A stretch of DNA of 39,962 bases from a virus (lineage: Duplodnaviria > Caudoviricetes): IMG/VR virus record IMGVR_UViG_3300017648_000008, positions 1 to 39,962 of that record; one strand, 5' to 3'. The position numbers were made by a program, and so were the translations under genes. This document shows positions 16,895 to 24,673 of this stretch, one piece after another. How positions within the stretch are numbered: position 1 is the stretch's first letter; every line of letters starts with the position of its first letter. A model generated the notes under the pieces. The model was not told the origin of the DNA and made no database searches. It was given only the letters and a program-made list of their open reading frames with translations.

Positions 16895-16920
16895 CTCTAT
16901 TACAATTATGTGATTATGTA
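16891..16920 (+). promoter_or_regulatory. Internal promoter with 12-bp box in spacer
   Basis: TTGACT overlapping the terL stop; TACAATTATGTG at 16901-12; -10 uncertain. Confidence 0.55.
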
Positions 16921-16944
16921 GGGTCATAGAAGTGGAGAGATAAA

Positions 16945-17061
16945 ATGGAACGGATTATAATTATAGCGCACGCCATGGTTGCGTCATTATTGTTGCTTTT
17001 TGTTGCTTGCTTACTTGTAGATGGCAGAAATTGGTTCTGCCTTTGCTATTTGGGCATATGA
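16945..17061 (+). CDS. 38-aa hydrophobic peptide
   Basis: MERIIIIAHAMVASLLLLFVACLLVDGRNWFCLCYLGI; SD GGAG. Confidence 0.6.
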   Translation: MERIIIIAHAMVASLLLLFVACLLVDGRNWFCLCYLGI

Positions 17062-17082
17062 TTTTTTAGTGGAGAAACAATC

Positions 17083-17367
17083 ATGACGAAAGAACACACG
17101 CCTACGCCTTGGAAGATTATTGATTACGTTAATGCTATATCTGAGCCTAGTGTTAGAATTGAGGGCGCGAATGGCGACACTGTGGCAGACGATGAGCCTT
17201 ACTACCCTCAGCCAATAACGCCTGAAAACGCCGCCCACATCGTCAAATGCGTGAACATGCATGATGAGTTGGTGGAGGCTTTGAAAAAATGCGGCATGCT
17301 GCTGGAACATGGCGGGTTTGATCTTGAGTTTATTGACAGCGCCCTCAAGAAAGCAGGTGCGCTATGA
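17083..17367 (+). CDS. Hypothetical phage protein
   Basis: HTPTPW...NAAHIVKCVNMHDELVEALK, a common phage accessory pattern. Confidence 0.8.
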   Translation: MTKEHTPTPWKIIDYVNAISEPSVRIEGANGDTVADDEPYYPQPITPENAAHIVKCVNMHDELVEALKKCGMLLEHGGFDLEFIDSALKKAGAL

Positions 17368-17771
17368 GTGACAACATGCACAACAAAGATCACATTGAGC
17401 GCACCAAGCGCATGATTGAAGTGATGCAGGCTTATGTGGATGGGGAGGAGATTGAGTTTCATTCCGGGGCGGATGACTCTTGGTCAAAAACAGATATGCC
17501 TATTTGGGATTGCTTCTTTGGTAAGTACCGCATCGCACCCTCATCCACACCAGACACCATCAACTGGGATCATGTTGCGCCGGAGTTTAAGTATATGGCG
17601 AGGGATGAAAATGGTATTCCTTTCCTTTATCGAAACAGGCCATCAATTAAAGATTTAGACCAGTGGGTGGATTTAGACGACATTTGCTCCAATGCCAACT
17701 CACACAAATCCTACAAACGCGGCACCGTAGACTGGAAAGACAGTCTTGTAATTCGCCCTGGATGTGAGTAG
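17364..17771 (+). CDS. Hypothetical phage protein
   Basis: IEVMQAY.DG..IE...YRI and YMARDENG..FLY...WKDSL..RP modules. Confidence 0.8.
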   Translation: MSDNMHNKDHIERTKRMIEVMQAYVDGEEIEFHSGADDSWSKTDMPIWDCFFGKYRIAPSSTPDTINWDHVAPEFKYMARDENGIPFLYRNRPSIKDLDQWVDLDDICSNANSHKSYKRGTVDWKDSLVIRPGCE

Positions 17772-17781
17772 GATATAGGAA

Positions 17782-17854
17782 TGCGAGCAGCAAGGCGATT
17801 GCAAGGCCTACCGTGGGAAATAGCAAACTGCGATAAGCCCCACGGCTCGCACCA
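17782..17854 (+). ncRNA. Putative 73-nt structured RNA ending in ACCA
   Basis: TGCGAG/CTCGCA closing stem, CCGTGGG/CCCACGG stem, 3' CCA. Confidence 0.45.
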
Positions 17855-17856
17855 AA

Positions 17857-18037
17857 TCAGAACGGCGGCGCTGAAAGCAGAAGCGCTTTAGAATGATTAT
17901 TTAGGAGAGGGGAAACCAGTGCGAGTCTGGACTAGAAGCATTTGACGTGATGCATCCCTCGGTAATCACTCTAAGAATTATAGGCTAGATTGATCAACTA
18001 GTACTAAATAGCAGGAGTAGCGTCCGGCCCGTTCTGA
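17857..18037 (+). ncRNA. Putative ~180-nt tRNA-like cloverleaf RNA with expanded anticodon and variable arms
   Basis: 9-bp closing stem, D-like arm, 13-position helix and T-like arm in tRNA spacing, directly followed by a terminator. Confidence 0.65.
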
Positions 18038-18041
18038 ATAT

Positions 18042-18068
18042 GGCCCTCTTCGGAGGGCCTTTTCTTTT
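18042..18068 (+). terminator. Intrinsic terminator
   Basis: GGCCCTC-TTCG-GAGGGCC-TTTTCTTTT. Confidence 0.92.
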
Positions 18069-18117
18069 GCACCCCCGCATGTTACATTGCCTCAACATTT
18101 GCAAATGAGGCCATAGT

Positions 18118-20442
18118 GTGGACGAAGAAGAAATCCAGCCAGCCGATACGCTTGAATTAAAAGACGAGCCAAAATCGTCCAGCGTTGTCTTAGGCGTATT
18201 GCAGAATGCCAAGGATAAATTCCGCACATGGCAGGATACTTGCGACCGTATTGACACGATTTACAGCAAATACAGCGGCGTTAATCGCCCATACGGTGAA
18301 ACGTGGACAGATGGCGACCTGGATCTGTTCTGGGCTTCCTATGAAATCCTGAAGCCTGCTGTTTATGCGCATCCTCCCAAGCCTGTTGTTTCAACGCAGT
18401 TCAAAGATCGTGATCCGGTCAAGTCAAAGACTGCTGAACTGCTTGAGCGCGTTTCCATCTCAAACTTTGACCGCTCCAACATCGATGATGTTATGTGCGA
18501 AGTGCGCGACGACCTGATTTTTACAAATCGCGGCGTGATATGGCTTACGTATGAATCAGACAATGGCGAACAGCGTGTTTGTATCGAGCATCTTGATCGC
18601 CTTGACTTCCTGCATGAGCCTGCCCGCAAATGGTCGGAAGTTGGTTGGGTAGCTCGTCGCGCATGGATGACGCGTAAGGAACTGCGCAAGCGCTTCCTGA
18701 AAGCATCAGGCGATGTTTACAAAGACGTAAAGCTTTCCAAAAAGCGTGAAGACGAAGAGCGTGGAAATGACGATAAGTCGTTGAAGGGTAGCGTTTGGGA
18801 AGTCTGGCATCGTGCAGATAACAAGGTCTATTGGGTTTCTGAGGGTGTTGATCGGCTATTGGATGAAGGTGAGCCACACCTGAAGCTGAAAGACTTTTTC
18901 CCTTGTCCTCGTCCTGCTTATGGAACATTGGCCCGTCGCTCGTTGATCCCTGTTCCAGACTATGAGCGTTATAGCGTTCATTTTGACAAGATTAACACGC
19001 TTACAGCCCGTATTTACCTTTTGCTGGAGAAGGTTAAGCTAAAGGGCATTGTGGCCGGTAGTGGCGATATTCGAGATGCCGTAAGCGAGCTTATCCAGAG
19101 CGAGGATGACGAAACTGTAATCTTTGTCCCGTCGATCAGTAGCGATGTGACCAATATGGTCTCTTGGATGCCGCTTGCAGAAGTGGCAACGGCTATCACT
19201 GGCCTGATTGATGCTCGTTCAAAGCTAATTGATGACTTCTATCAGTTGTCTGGTATTAGCGATATCATGCGTGGGGCTACTGAGGCTGATGAAACATTGG
19301 GTGCTCAGCAGCTTAAAGGCCAGTATGGTTCCGTTCGTGTTCGTCAGAAGATTGATGAGCTACAGCGCATTGCTGCTGACACTGTTCGTATTTCAGCCGA
19401 GATTATTGCAGAGCATTTCTCAAAGGATACTCTCCTTGAAATGTCGCAGATGAAAATCTCGACTAAAGCGCAAATCGAAAAGCAAATTAAGGGCATTGAA
19501 GACGCTGCTGAGAAGGAGCTTGAAAACCTTAAGAAGCAGACAGAGAAGTTTGTCCAGGAAAATCAGATTCCTCCAGAGCAACAGCCTCAGATTGAAGAAC
19601 AGTTCAAAAAGACCCAACAGGCCATTTTGCAGAAATATGCGCCTATGCTGCAAGAGGCTAATTCAGAGATTCCTATTGAGGATATACTTGACCTGTTGCG
19701 CAATGATAAATCGCGCGGTTTTGCGTTTGAGATTGCTTCGGACAGCACTATTCTGACTGACGAAATTCAGGAAAAGGCCAGCCGCAACGAGTTCTTGACC
19801 ACATTCTCTGGAGCTTCTCAGGCCCTGCAAGGATTGGCTCAGATGGGGCCTGCCGGTTCCGCTCTTGCTGGCGGTATGCTTAACTTTGTTCTTGGGCCTT
19901 ATCGTATTGGTCGTGAGCTTGATGGCCTTATCGATAATTTCATTGATGAAGCTTCTAACTACCAGCCACCGCAAGAAGGCGGCGAACAGCAAGCTCTTAT
20001 TGAGGCGCAGAACAAGCTGGCTGAAGCTGAAATGGCTAAGGCTCAAGCGCAGATGGCTAAGGTTCAGGCTGACGCACAGCTTAAGCAGGCTGAGTTGCAG
20101 GGCAAGATGCAGGATTTGCAGCTTAAGGCCCAGAAGGATGCTGCGCAGTTCGAGATTGAGCAAGGTAAGCTACAGCTTCAGCTTTCTAAGCAGGAGCAGG
20201 AATTTGCTGCAAAGATGGCTGAGATGGATGCCAAGCAAAATCTTATGCAGGCCCAGACAGCAGAGATTCTTGCTAAGATTGGTCTAGATGTTCGCAAGCA
20301 AGACCTTGAGGAGTATAAGGCTGCAAATGAGGCTGAACAACGCACGGTGGATACGGCGCTTAGAGTTGAATCGGAAAGCCGCGCTAATCGTTCGCAAGAG
20401 TTTAATGAAACTCAAGCGTTGACACAAAGAGAGGTGGAGTGA
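18118..20442 (+). CDS. Portal protein with long C-terminal coiled coil
   Basis: 774 aa, lies between TerL and scaffold/capsid; SGISDIMRG.....ETLGAQQLK; Q/A/E-rich tail. Confidence 0.85.
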   Translation: MDEEEIQPADTLELKDEPKSSSVVLGVLQNAKDKFRTWQDTCDRIDTIYSKYSGVNRPYGETWTDGDLDLFWASYEILKPAVYAHPPKPVVSTQFKDRDPVKSKTAELLERVSISNFDRSNIDDVMCEVRDDLIFTNRGVIWLTYESDNGEQRVCIEHLDRLDFLHEPARKWSEVGWVARRAWMTRKELRKRFLKASGDVYKDVKLSKKREDEERGNDDKSLKGSVWEVWHRADNKVYWVSEGVDRLLDEGEPHLKLKDFFPCPRPAYGTLARRSLIPVPDYERYSVHFDKINTLTARIYLLLEKVKLKGIVAGSGDIRDAVSELIQSEDDETVIFVPSISSDVTNMVSWMPLAEVATAITGLIDARSKLIDDFYQLSGISDIMRGATEADETLGAQQLKGQYGSVRVRQKIDELQRIAADTVRISAEIIAEHFSKDTLLEMSQMKISTKAQIEKQIKGIEDAAEKELENLKKQTEKFVQENQIPPEQQPQIEEQFKKTQQAILQKYAPMLQEANSEIPIEDILDLLRNDKSRGFAFEIASDSTILTDEIQEKASRNEFLTTFSGASQALQGLAQMGPAGSALAGGMLNFVLGPYRIGRELDGLIDNFIDEASNYQPPQEGGEQQALIEAQNKLAEAEMAKAQAQMAKVQADAQLKQAELQGKMQDLQLKAQKDAAQFEIEQGKLQLQLSKQEQEFAAKMAEMDAKQNLMQAQTAEILAKIGLDVRKQDLEEYKAANEAEQRTVDTALRVESESRANRSQEFNETQALTQREVE

Positions 20443-20621
20443 TGCCAGGGTTTCCTGTTGTGATCTCTGATAACGGAACACCTTTTGTAGCTGTTGAAAG
20501 TGGAGCGCCAGTGGCGACAGTAGCAACTAATGGACTTGGTATTCCGATTAGTGTAGTATCCAGCAACGCCCCGCCTTTGATTATTGAGGGCTATACACCA
20601 CCTGAACCTGACGAGGAATAA
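20439..20621 (+). CDS. Small virion-associated protein
   Basis: Repeating PV.V..NG units; coupled to portal. Confidence 0.65.
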   Translation: MMPGFPVVISDNGTPFVAVESGAPVATVATNGLGIPISVVSSNAPPLIIEGYTPPEPDEE

Positions 20622-20623
20622 TA

Positions 20624-20827
20624 ATGGCACAGACACCAGTAGATCGACTAGTGGAACTTTCAATGGTTCCAGAACTTGCTAAAGAAGTTCGTAGCCAGAT
20701 TGTGGCTGCAGGCTCTTCATTTACACCGGGGGCAGCAGTTGCTGACGCGACAGATGAAGCATCAGCGGTTACTCAGCTAAATGCTTTGCTTGCATCATTG
20801 CGCGCAGCAGGGATTATTGAAACGTAA
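20624..20827 (+). CDS. Head fibre-like protein
   Basis: AAVADAT....QLNALLASLRAAGII motif. Confidence 0.65.
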   Translation: MAQTPVDRLVELSMVPELAKEVRSQIVAAGSSFTPGAAVADATDEASAVTQLNALLASLRAAGIIET

Positions 20828-21114
20828 TGAAATCAATCTCTGAATTGGTAGCAGAACATAGGGCAAGGATGGGGACTAGTTCCCTTCCTAAGCCCTATTT
20901 TCGTCAGGATACTATCCAGCCCTGCATGGGCATGGATGGAAAGATGCATGATACCTTGTCAAGCTATCGTAAGACGCTTCTCCCTTCTGGAAACCCAAGG
21001 GGCGAACGTTATGTCGAGCTTGGCAATGAAAGCCTTCCTGACTTCAAGGCCCCTGAATTTGACCGTAAAAAGCGCCGTGAAGATATCAAGCGCGCTATTG
21101 GAGAAACAAAATGA
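20827..21114 (+). CDS. Hypothetical protein
   Basis: 95 aa, TAATG coupling. Confidence 0.75.
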   Translation: MKSISELVAEHRARMGTSSLPKPYFRQDTIQPCMGMDGKMHDTLSSYRKTLLPSGNPRGERYVELGNESLPDFKAPEFDRKKRREDIKRAIGETK

Positions 21115-21338
21115 AGAACAATTATTCGCAGATTAATCTGCATAAAAGGGTTTACGAAGAAGCAAGTTCCCTTTTTTACAGTGAAATCTCTCGCGTTTCT
21201 TCACTGGTTATGAAGGAACTGGCCACACAACGGAACACTATTGCCGACGATGTTAAAGATATGTGGGGCCGAGAAGGGCAGTCAGACGAAGTTAATGCTA
21301 TAATTCTTGAGATTTCTAACGCCATTAAAGGCGAGTAA
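21111..21338 (+). CDS. Hypothetical protein
   Basis: 75 aa, SD GGAG, ATGA coupling. Confidence 0.65.
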   Translation: MKNNYSQINLHKRVYEEASSLFYSEISRVSSLVMKELATQRNTIADDVKDMWGREGQSDEVNAIILEISNAIKGE

Positions 21339-21347
21339 TGCAACCAA

Positions 21348-21362
21348 CCTTCTCAGACGAGG
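21348..21362 (+). promoter_or_regulatory. SD-occluding hairpin, copy 1
   Basis: CCTT-CTCAGAC-GAGG; near-identical copy at 23966. Confidence 0.55.
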
Positions 21363-21368
21363 TATAAA

Positions 21369-22553
21369 ATGACCGACGAAGTAATTCAATCATCAGCGCC
21401 CGTAACGGAACACGTTTCAACCACGCTTGAATCAGATGTAACGCCTAAAACATCCGGCGGTGGTAAAATCACTCCTACCCCTGTTGAAGAAGCCAAGCCT
21501 GAAGCTCCTGCAAAGCCTGAATCTGTACGGGATTCACTGAAGGCGGAGCTTGATAAGACTAAAGAGCCGGAAAAGGTTGAAAAGCCTGTTAAGGCCGAAA
21601 AGCTGGATGAAGAACCCAAGCCTGTCACCAAGACAGAGGTAAAGAGCGCCACTCCTGAGAAGGAAGTTGACGCAAGCGAGCAGGTTAAGGATCAGCAGAC
21701 CGAACGGAAGTCTGAGGTCCGTGACCGTCCTGAGCCTCCTGCTCGCTTTCTTCCACGCGCTAAGGAGCTTTGGCGGAATACTCCTAATGAAGTGCAGTCG
21801 GAAGTTTCCCGCCTTGTACGTGAGCATGAGGCTGAGGTGCAGCAGTACCGTGAATCTCATCAGTTCCGTGAAGAGCTTAAGGAATACGAAGAGCTTGGTA
21901 AACAGCATGGCGTTAGCGTTAAACAAGCTCTTGATAACTATGTGGGGATTGAGCGAAAGTTTGCAGAGTCCCCACCTGAAGGCTTCCGCCAGCTTCTTAG
22001 CAATATGAATATGCAGCCACAGCAGGCTATCAGCCACATTTTGCGCGCTTTTAACGTTACTCCACAGCAGCTTGCTCAGCACATTAGTGCAGACCCCAAT
22101 TCTTACGTGTCGCAGGCACCACAGGTCCAGCCGCAGGTTCAGCCTCAACATAACACAGAGGTTGATACGCTTAAGCAGCAGATTACTGCCATGCAGGCGC
22201 AAATGGCTCACCAGCAGTATATTGAACCTTTCATTAAAGACCATCCACGTTACCATGAACTAGAACAGGATATTGCTTTCTTTCTACAATCTGGTAAAAT
22301 CCCAGCTAATCTTAGTCCTGCTGAGAAGCTTGAAGCAGCATATGACATGGCTGAAAGGATTAATCCTTCTTCAAATGTCTCATCCTTCTCACCAAAGCAG
22401 ACTAGTTCTGAAAGCCGTGTTGACGAAGACTTCAACGGCAGTAAATCAATCAAATCTTCTCCGGGTAATGTACTAGAGGTCAAAGAACCGGATAAGAAAA
22501 TGTCAATGCGTGAACTTCTGGAAGACGAGTTGAAGCGTCTGAAGAAGGCTTAA
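21369..22553 (+). CDS. Capsid scaffolding protein
   Basis: Charged low-complexity N-terminus, helical, immediately upstream of the capsid gene. Confidence 0.75.
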   Translation: MTDEVIQSSAPVTEHVSTTLESDVTPKTSGGGKITPTPVEEAKPEAPAKPESVRDSLKAELDKTKEPEKVEKPVKAEKLDEEPKPVTKTEVKSATPEKEVDASEQVKDQQTERKSEVRDRPEPPARFLPRAKELWRNTPNEVQSEVSRLVREHEAEVQQYRESHQFREELKEYEELGKQHGVSVKQALDNYVGIERKFAESPPEGFRQLLSNMNMQPQQAISHILRAFNVTPQQLAQHISADPNSYVSQAPQVQPQVQPQHNTEVDTLKQQITAMQAQMAHQQYIEPFIKDHPRYHELEQDIAFFLQSGKIPANLSPAEKLEAAYDMAERINPSSNVSSFSPKQTSSESRVDEDFNGSKSIKSSPGNVLEVKEPDKKMSMRELLEDELKRLKKA

Positions 22554-22562
22554 GGAGCTAAA

Positions 22563-23573
22563 ATGGCTATCGTTCAGGATAGAAATTACCGCCAGCTTCT
22601 CACCGCAGCCGTAGCACGGCGCTCGCGTGAGGTGCAGGACATTGTTTATAACTCAACCCCTCTTACTCGTATTCTGCGTGACCAGGGCCGTATTCGCGTA
22701 AAGCGCGCTGGCGGACCGGAGCTTCGTATTCCGGTACAGTTCGACAAGTTGCAGGCGCAGTGGTTCACTGGCTATGACAAGATCGAAATCACCCCGAAAG
22801 AACTTCTGAACTCTGCCGTATTCAATTGGTCGCGTGTTGTCAGCATGTTCTCGCTGACTGGCACCGAACTGATGTACACTCGCGGCGAAGAAGAAGTTAT
22901 CGACCTTATGGAAACCTACCTTGATGCGGCTGAGAAGTCGGTTAAGGAAGAGTTTGAAGTAGCACTCATCGGTGACGGTACGGGTGCAGGCGGTCGTGAG
23001 CTTATCGGCCTTGGTGGCGCTATTCCAGTCATTCCGAACACTGGCGTATACGGCGGCATTGACCGTGCAACCGTTCCAAACTGGCGTACCTCGACGTTCA
23101 ACATTACTAACGGTGACGTTTCCGGCTTTACGACTTGGGACAGCACGACTGCACGTCCTATTATTGAGCGCATTGCCCTTAATCGTTCGCGTAATGGCCG
23201 TTACGCCGATCTTCTCATTGCGGATTCCCTTTCGTATCAGGCTATCTCTGCATCGTTCGTTGCTCATCAGCGCATCGTTTCGGAACGCCTTGGCCGTCTG
23301 GGCTTTTCGGGTCTCACATACATGACGCCTGCCGGTCCTGTTGATATCGTCGCGGCCGGTGGCATTGGTACGGTTATGCCTGCTAATACCATCTTCGGCA
23401 TCGACACGCAGGGCCTCGCAATCTATGAGTTCCCAGATCAGGCATTCGTACCATTCCATCCGGGTGACGGTATGCGTCCTATCAACCAGGATGCGGTTGC
23501 TCAGGGCATTGTATGGTCTGGTCAGCTTGTGCTTGAGAACCCACTGTTCTCTTACCGCATTATCACGGCATAA
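22563..23573 (+). CDS. Major capsid protein
   Basis: 336 aa; strong SD AAGGAG; biased codon usage; GDGTG.GG....GL and YGGIDR...WR motifs. Confidence 0.9.
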   Translation: MAIVQDRNYRQLLTAAVARRSREVQDIVYNSTPLTRILRDQGRIRVKRAGGPELRIPVQFDKLQAQWFTGYDKIEITPKELLNSAVFNWSRVVSMFSLTGTELMYTRGEEEVIDLMETYLDAAEKSVKEEFEVALIGDGTGAGGRELIGLGGAIPVIPNTGVYGGIDRATVPNWRTSTFNITNGDVSGFTTWDSTTARPIIERIALNRSRNGRYADLLIADSLSYQAISASFVAHQRIVSERLGRLGFSGLTYMTPAGPVDIVAAGGIGTVMPANTIFGIDTQGLAIYEFPDQAFVPFHPGDGMRPINQDAVAQGIVWSGQLVLENPLFSYRIITA

Positions 23574-23585
23574 GGAGAAAAAGAT

Positions 23586-23930
23586 ATGGCTAATTCCGTA
23601 CCTTTTCGGACTACCCCGCAGCTAGGCCCGCAGCTTGATGATGTTTTTGTCGGACTTCCATATTGGGACCTGACAGGCATTCAGGGCGCAGGTGGCGCTA
23701 CTGTTTCCGGTATTACCTCGCCCTCTTATAAGCTTGGTAATCGTGAAACTGGCGATGACGGTTACGACTACATCTGGGTTCAGAACGGCACAACTGCGCT
23801 TACCGCAAGCGCACGTGTTAATGTGGACGCAGACTTTGTGGCTACCGCCAATGCTTCTGGCGTTTTGCAGGCCCCTGCTGTTGCGGTTCCTGCCGGTGCT
23901 TATTTCCACGCTCGCGTGTTTGCGCTCTAA
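23586..23930 (+). CDS. Capsid decoration/cement-like protein
   Basis: Follows the capsid gene with a strong SD and precedes the terminator; DG..YIWVQ. Confidence 0.65.
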   Translation: MANSVPFRTTPQLGPQLDDVFVGLPYWDLTGIQGAGGATVSGITSPSYKLGNRETGDDGYDYIWVQNGTTALTASARVNVDADFVATANASGVLQAPAVAVPAGAYFHARVFAL

Positions 23931-23938
23931 TCAATATG

Positions 23939-23962
23939 GGGAGGCTTAACGGCCTCCCTTTT
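23939..23962 (+). terminator. Intrinsic terminator after capsid genes
   Basis: GGGAGGC-TTAACG-GCCTCCC-TTTT. Confidence 0.8.
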
Positions 23963-23965
23963 ACC

Positions 23966-23980
23966 CCTTCTCAGACAAGG
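23966..23980 (+). promoter_or_regulatory. SD-occluding hairpin, copy 2
   Basis: CCTT-CTCAGAC-AAGG. Confidence 0.55.
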
Positions 23981-23989
23981 AAATCATAA

Positions 23990-24673
23990 ATGACTAAAGT
24001 CGTAGAAATTGATACCCGTGACCTGGCTGTAACGCCTTTCTTTAAGGTGATTGAGGTCGAGAATATCCCCAAGTCGGAGGCGGCCGGCCACGCAGTTATG
24101 GAAATGCGTGAAGTTGTTGAGGTCCGTTTTGCAGGATCAAATAATTACGCGCCTGTTTTCCCGGCTAATCAGACATGGAAACGCGAAGGAAACAAATCTA
24201 TTACCTATGCAGAACGATGGGCCGAGCAGTATCGCACGTTCAAAGAAGGCAACCCGCAGCACGCAATGGGTACTCCATTGGAAATGCTACGTCCTTATGG
24301 CGTAACTGAAGAGCAGCTTTCCATCTGCCGCGTACATCGTGTTTACAGTATTGAGGCCCTTAATACCCTTGAAGGTGACAAGCTTAAGTCGCTTGGCATG
24401 ATGGGTAACACGCTTAAAGAATTGGCGCGTAAATACATCTCTGATCATTCTGCATCTGATAAAGCTCTTAATGAGATCGAGGCTCTTAAAAAGCGCATTG
24501 CAGAGCTTGAAAGCGCTGGCACAGCATCAACTGTTATCCCCGAGGTTGAAGAAGAGCTTTATGAAGCAATGACAGAAGATGAATTGCGTGATATGATTGA
24601 ATCAAAGACTGGTAAAAGACCAGACGGTCGTTCTAGTCATGCGTCTTTGGTGAATATGGCTAAAGGGATGTAA
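23990..24673 (+). CDS. Phage morphogenesis-region protein
   Basis: 227 aa; GTPLE.L motif; coiled coil and small C-terminal helical domain. Confidence 0.7.
   Translation: MTKVVEIDTRDLAVTPFFKVIEVENIPKSEAAGHAVMEMREVVEVRFAGSNNYAPVFPANQTWKREGNKSITYAERWAEQYRTFKEGNPQHAMGTPLEMLRPYGVTEEQLSICRVHRVYSIEALNTLEGDKLKSLGMMGNTLKELARKYISDHSASDKALNEIEALKKRIAELESAGTASTVIPEVEEELYEAMTEDELRDMIESKTGKRPDGRSSHASLVNMAKGM

Noticed and set aside
17782-18037. Canonical tRNA or tmRNA call
   Set aside because: No GTTCRA T-loop, no standard 7-nt anticodon loop with U33, and no tag reading frame recognised. Kept only as tRNA-like.
22653-23459. 268-aa antisense ORF within the capsid gene (also 21534-22256, 19663-20163, 6646-7281, 552-1142, 39379-39918)
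   Set aside because: These are shadow frames of well-supported genes, with no recognisable motifs or evident SD.
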